A stretch of DNA of 64,000 nucleotides from NCBI GenBank assembly GCA_010909165.1, contig MU008189.1:124001-188000 (forward strand), given 5' to 3'. Both the position numbers and the translations under genes were made by a program. The notes beneath the pieces were generated by a model that saw only the letters and a program-made list of their open reading frames with translations, was not told the origin of the DNA and did no database searches. Positions 59,541 through 64,000 of this stretch are shown piece by piece; the stretch's first letter is position 1; every line of letters starts with the position of its first letter. This stretch comes from Anthoceros angustus (taxonomy: Eukaryota; Plantae; Anthocerotophyta).

Positions 59541-62213
59541 ATGCTCCTCGGGCCAGGTTCTTCGGTGGATGGAAGGCTTTGGGCTCTGCAGAAAGGTTAT
59601 TCGGTGGATGGAAGCCTTTGGGCTCTTTCTGGAGAGAGCAACAGGGGGAACAAGAAGGCACCCGGGCATCAGGACTTCAGGCACAATGCATCCATGGAGG
59701 GGCTGGGGCTGCGGGCCGACACCCAACTCGAGCACAAACGTGGTTGGGCGGATACCAGAAATATTGTTGCTGAAGGGTTGGAGAAACGCTGTTGTGAGGG
59801 AGAGCTCGGTGAGGCAGTGGAAGCCCTGGACCTCGTGCTGCAGCAGCGAGGACGTTATAGTCATACCAAAAGGAAGGAGATCTTGTATTGTGCCCTCAAA
59901 AAGTGCATGGCAAGTAAGGATCTGGCTCTGGGCAGGCGAGTTCATGCTGCTGCTCTGAGTAGTGGGTTTGAGTCGAATGCATTCTTGGCCACCCATTTCA
60001 TCACTATGTACGCTGCTCATGGGAAGTTGCAGGATGCAGTTCAAGTGTTTGCCAAAGTGGCTGAGCCAGATGCCCATCTCTGGGCCAGCATTATATTGGC
60101 ATATGCTCGGCATGGAGAGGCCGTGGAGGCCTTAAGTCTTTACCGACAGATGCGAGAGTCGTCGTCTGTGAAGCCGGATAGCCACATATTTGTGGCTGTC
60201 CTCAAGGCTTGTGCCAATGCAGGGGATGTGGCTGCAGGCAAAGAAGTCCATGCTGACGTTTTGGAGAGTCCGATGAAGGGCAATTTGTTTGTTGGGAACA
60301 GCCTGGTCAGCATGTATGCAAAGTGTGGGAGCTTAGAAGAGGCTCGCACAGTGTTTGACCATCTGCCAACAAGAGATGTGGTGACATGGACTGCCATGAT
60401 AGCAGGATACATGCAGCAAGGGCGTGGCCAAGATGCCTTGGCTCTGTATGAGAGCATGCAAGAGGAAGGTATGACTCCAGGCAATCGTGTCACATTTGTA
60501 TGCCTGCTTCAAGCGTGTGCTAGTGTGGGGGACCTGCATCAGGGAAGGCGCATTCATGTGCACATTCGCAAAAGAGGCTTTGAAGCTGATCCACAGGTTG
60601 GCAACTGCCTGGTGAGCATGTATGCAAAGTGTGGGAGCTTGAAGGATGCACTGAGTCTGTTCAACAAATTGCAGCCCGTGAGAGATGTGGTCACATGGAA
60701 TGCTATAATGGCAGGATATGCGCAGCAAGGGAGAGGCCGGGAAGCTCTGGTTCTGTACGCGAATATGCAGCAGGAGGGCCTCATTGCAGCGAATCATGGT
60801 ACATTTGTGTGCCTGCTTCAAGTATGTGCCAGTGTGAGAGATCTGGACCAGGGGAAGCAGCTTCATGAGCAGATCAAGCAACGAGGTTGGGAGAGTGATT
60901 TAGTCCTATGTAACTGCCTGGTGGACATGTATGCAAAATGTGGTAGCTTGGAGGACGCTCGTAGTGTGTTTGACAGGTTAGTTGTAAGGGATCTGGTAAC
61001 ATGGACAACTATGCTGTCAGGGTATGCTCACAACGAACGCGCAAAGGAAGCTCTTGCTCTTTATGCCAGTATGCAGTTGGAGGCCATAGCTCCACTGGAT
61101 TCTGTTACCCTCTCGTGCCTCGTACAAGCATGTGCTAGTGTTGGAGCTCTGCACCAGGGAAGGGAGCTTCATTCCCTTATTAAGAAACAAAGCCTGGAAG
61201 CCGATGTGTTTATTGGCAGCTCCTTGGTGGACATGTATGCAAAATGTGGGAGCCTGGAGGATGCTCGTCGAGTATTTGACAGGTTGCTAGTCAGAAGTCC
61301 TGTGTCATGGACCGCCATGATCAAAGGCTATGCTGAACATTGCGATGGTGAAATGGCAATACAGTGTTTCCACGACATGTGTGAGGAAGGTATTGAGCCA
61401 GATGAGACAACCTTCACCTGTCTTCTCGTGGCATGCAGTCATGCAGGCCTGGTGGATGAGGGCTTGAAGTACTACAAAGTAATGGTGGACAAGCACGGCA
61501 TTGTGCCCACCGACTATCACTACAGTTGCATGGTTGATCTTCTCGGGAGGTCAGGCTATCTGGATGAGGCAGAAGATTTCCTACGGAGAGTTCCGTTTGA
61601 GAAGGACTCGGTTGGTTGGACTTCTTTGCTCAGTGCGTGTAAAGGCTATGGTGATGTAGAACGTGGACGGCGATGTTTCAACCGCCTGGTGAGATTGGAA
61701 CCTCAAAATGCAACTGCATATGTTCTCTTGAGCACCATCTACGCCAATGCAGGCAGGTGGAAGGATGCAGATGAAATAGAAAGCTTGAGACGGACTGCAG
61801 GTGCTTGGAAGAAGCCTGCAAAGGCATGTATAGAAGTCGAGAAGAAAGTGCATGAATTCACTGTAGGTGATGAAAGATCTGACATATCATCAAAGGTGAA
61901 GAGTGTGAGCATGAGGTTAAAGGAGGAAGGAGGGCATGTGCCACGAACAGAGTTAGTGCTGAAAACAGTGCCTGAGCAGCAGAAGGAAGATGCCTTGTGT
62001 GGGCATGCAGAGAAACTGGCGTTGGCTTACGGGCTGCTCAACACCCCACATGGCACAACTTTGCTGGTCACCAAGAACCTGCGCATGTGCATTGACTGCC
62101 ATAGTAGCACCAAGATCTTATCACGGCTTGAGAAGCGAGAGATTGTAGTTAGGGATGTTCACCGAGTGCATCGTTTCCTAGATGGTTCTTGTTCATGCGG
62201 TGATCGGCATTGA
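59541..62213 (+). CDS. PLS-PPR protein with DYW:KP domain ending DRH (candidate U-to-C editing factor), intact single exon
   Basis: PLS triplets, P2-L2-S2, E1/E2, then KKPAKACIE...HEFTVGD...CGHAEKLALAYGL...KNLRMCIDCH...GSCSCGDRH. First ATG at 59541. Confidence 0.95.
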   Translation: MLLGPGSSVDGRLWALQKGYSVDGSLWALSGESNRGNKKAPGHQDFRHNASMEGLGLRADTQLEHKRGWADTRNIVAEGLEKRCCEGELGEAVEALDLVLQQRGRYSHTKRKEILYCALKKCMASKDLALGRRVHAAALSSGFESNAFLATHFITMYAAHGKLQDAVQVFAKVAEPDAHLWASIILAYARHGEAVEALSLYRQMRESSSVKPDSHIFVAVLKACANAGDVAAGKEVHADVLESPMKGNLFVGNSLVSMYAKCGSLEEARTVFDHLPTRDVVTWTAMIAGYMQQGRGQDALALYESMQEEGMTPGNRVTFVCLLQACASVGDLHQGRRIHVHIRKRGFEADPQVGNCLVSMYAKCGSLKDALSLFNKLQPVRDVVTWNAIMAGYAQQGRGREALVLYANMQQEGLIAANHGTFVCLLQVCASVRDLDQGKQLHEQIKQRGWESDLVLCNCLVDMYAKCGSLEDARSVFDRLVVRDLVTWTTMLSGYAHNERAKEALALYASMQLEAIAPLDSVTLSCLVQACASVGALHQGRELHSLIKKQSLEADVFIGSSLVDMYAKCGSLEDARRVFDRLLVRSPVSWTAMIKGYAEHCDGEMAIQCFHDMCEEGIEPDETTFTCLLVACSHAGLVDEGLKYYKVMVDKHGIVPTDYHYSCMVDLLGRSGYLDEAEDFLRRVPFEKDSVGWTSLLSACKGYGDVERGRRCFNRLVRLEPQNATAYVLLSTIYANAGRWKDADEIESLRRTAGAWKKPAKACIEVEKKVHEFTVGDERSDISSKVKSVSMRLKEEGGHVPRTELVLKTVPEQQKEDALCGHAEKLALAYGLLNTPHGTTLLVTKNLRMCIDCHSSTKILSRLEKREIVVRDVHRVHRFLDGSCSCGDRH

Positions 62214-62527
62214 TCCAGCTGTACAATGCATCGAACATGACTAACCGTAATTGTGTCTTCGACGTCATGCCTCTTCTCCCCACTTGTTGGTCGACTCGGG
62301 ACAATTTCTTCAAGCTTTCTTCACGTTCCAAGCACTTTACTGGGGAAAGGGCCAACGCTACCCCACGTTGAGTATGTCGGACGGAATAACACAAGGATGG
62401 AGTCGAACGGACAGCAACAGAAGGGCGCGAGTCTCACACAGCCGGCACTGGTGAAGGGCGGAATAATAAAAAAGAAATAAAATAATAAAAAATATATTTA
62501 TAATTGATATCTCACGATATCACAGTT

Positions 62528-62599
62528 GGAGGTATAGCTCAGTGGTAGAGCAATCGGCTGCAGTCCGATAGGTCATCAGTTCAATCCTGGTTGCCTCCT
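62528..62599 (+). tRNA. trnC-GCA: tRNA-Cys(GCA), sequence-divergent but fully foldable
   Basis: Acceptor stem GGAGGTA/TGCCTCC, D stem GCTC/GAGC, anticodon stem ATCGG/CCGAT with loop CT-GCA-GT, T stem ATCAG/CTGGT with loop TTCAATC, discriminator T. Confidence 0.85.
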
Positions 62600-62619
62600 G
62601 TCAACCTTCTGCTCAATGT

Positions 62620-62940
62620 AATGGATTTCCTTTTCTCATTTTATAGCCAAAGTATATATATCCCGTCTTCGAAGAGTTGGACTTCCTTTTCTCATTTTAA
62701 AGCCAAAGTATATATATCCTGTCTTCGAAGAGTTAAATAGGGAGGGAGGTACAGCTCAAAGCCAGAGTGTATATCATGTCTTAGAAGTGTTAAATGGGGA
62801 GGGAGGTATAGCCATGTCTTAGAAGTGTTAAATGGGGAGGAGGGTATAGCTCAAAGCCAGAGTGTATATCATGTCTTAGAAGTGTTAAATAGGGAGGTCA
62901 TCAAAGTGTTAAATAGGAAGGTCTTGGATGTGTTAAATAG
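62620..62940 (+). repeat. Tandem repeats built from the tRNA 5' end plus a spacer
   Basis: GGAGGTA(C/T)AGC(TCA) at 62745, 62802 and about 62839, each after gtgttaaat(a/g)ggg. A 57-bp dimer at 62620-62735 shares the spacer. Confidence 0.8.
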
Positions 62941-62941
62941 G

Positions 62942-63210
62942 AATGAATGTAGAGACTTTATGAAAATAACGAGACAGGGAAATTCCATCTACCCCATGGC
63001 GAAAGGGGACAACCCACGACGGGGCACCAAGCCAGGGGAGCGTGCCCCCGCACTAATCTACCTATAACCCCCAACCGCTCCCAAGATGTCGCGGTCCGAG
63101 ATAGGGAAGGGCCTACATACCACAGGTACCGCCGATGCCTCGTCTCCAGCACTCATGATCGTCTTACACATGGTGGTGGCGAACACCCTTTGCAGGGTGA
63201 TGGAAACCAG
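62942..63210 (-). mobile_element. 5'-truncated 3' fragment of the CRE-like retrotransposon
   Basis: SITLQRVFATT...VVCRPFPISDRDILGAVGGYR matches SIALQRAVST...VVCRPFILPAYDIVGAVGDFR at 8440-8567. It is followed by a similar 3' UTR and a cattcattc tail. Confidence 0.8.
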
Positions 63211-63251
63211 TTGCGTTAAATAGGGAGGTCCTAGAAGTGTTAAATAGGGAG

Positions 63252-63332
63252 GGAGGTACAGCCTAGTGGTGGAGCAATGAGCTGCAATCCGATAGGTCAT
63301 CAATTTGATGTTTTTAGTCCTGATTGCCTCCA
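63252..63332 (+). pseudogene. tRNA-Cys pseudogene
   Basis: GGAGGTACAGCCTAGTGGTGGAGCAATGAGCTGCAATCCGATAGGTCATCA...CCTGATTGCCTCC aligns to the 62528 tRNA, with a broken D/anticodon stem and an insertion in the T loop. Confidence 0.8.
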
Positions 63333-63505
63333 TTTCTTTTATTGCCTCAATTCTTCATTCATTTCTTTTTTATTAATTAATTATTACTTTTCTAGTCTTC
63401 AGCTTAGTGTTTAGTCCTAATTACCTCCTTTTCTTTTATTTCCTCAATTCTTCATCCATTTCTTTTTTGATTAATTAATTACTACTTATCTAGTCTTCCT
63501 CAATC
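63310..63505 (+). repeat. AT-rich tandem dimer of about 100 bp starting at the pseudo-tRNA 3' end
   Basis: tttagtcct(g/a)att(g/a)cctcc...ctcaattcttcat(t/c)catttctttttt..attaattaatta..tctagtcttc x2. Confidence 0.8.
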
Positions 63506-64000
63506 CCATATGCTGTTTTTTATTTTATTAACTTTTACTACCTAATAGTTTAATTTTCTTAATTAGCTACACTGCTGGATAATGAAAGCAAGTCTTGCAC
63601 ATGGCAAACTGGTGTGCCCCTCAACAGGCGGATTCACCCTTTGTGGGGCTTTCTTTTGTGAGACTTAAAGAAAAAGAAGAAGAAGAAGCATTTTATTTAA
63701 GTCCACTAAGGACGGATTTCTGTCATGAGACTTGGTACATAACAACTTGTACCATGGTGTGCCTAAGCTATTTGCACCAAGGGCATCCACTCCCTTTAGG
63801 CACCCCATCTAAGTACTGATCTAAGCCATTTGGACACACATTTATTTAAGCTCATTAGACACTCAGCTAGCACTAAATGAAATTAGAATGAAATTAGGTT
63901 CGCATTATAAGGTCGTTGAGTCAACTCATGAAGATTTTCTTCGTCCATCCGCACTATAATAGCAAAACACTTGAGCTATGCGGCTATCGGTTAAAATGAG

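Noticed and set aside
59560-59630. 39-bp in-frame dimer in the leader of the DRH gene
   Set aside because: Real but neutral-looking duplication inside a targeting peptide.
49849-61853. Numerous antisense ORFs over the PPR genes
   Set aside because: Shadow frames of repetitive PPR coding sequence.

Overview
Eukaryotic nuclear DNA from a compact, gene-dense land-plant genome with short GT-AG introns. The PLS-PPR genes end in DYW:KP-type (GRP and DRH C-termini) and WW-type domains, which points to a hornwort (Anthoceros-like); this is an inference, not a database result. Genes recognised: an intronless secreted 3D/MltA-like protein, PUR7, a PhyH-family dioxygenase, a STIG1-like Cys-rich protein, a RAP-domain protein, an orphan coiled-coil ORF, an SDH5-like protein, DUF616/MUCI70, chloroplast IF2, a remorin, arogenate dehydratase, RPC7, intronless SEH1 and three PLS-PPR editing factors plus a decayed fourth. 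Also present: methylesterase and RH18/DDX55 pseudogenes, a frameshifted trypsin-fold protease, a degenerate CRE-clade (RT+REL) non-LTR retrotransposon with two further 3' fragments, and a tRNA-Cys with a decayed tRNA-derived array. Top leads are: (1) the fungal/bacterial-type 3D-domain secreted protein as a horizontal-transfer candidate; (2) the PPR cluster, where genes with homologous N-termini carry different editing modules (U-to-C candidate KP versus truncated WW) and one has a 10-copy triplet array; (3) the CRE fragment inside tRNA-Cys-derived repeats; (4) the orphan His-Asp-Ser protease; (5) a 17-nt gap between two ORFs suggesting a dicistronic unit. Exon boundaries were read by eye and are approximate. 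Some frameshifts may be long-read assembly errors.
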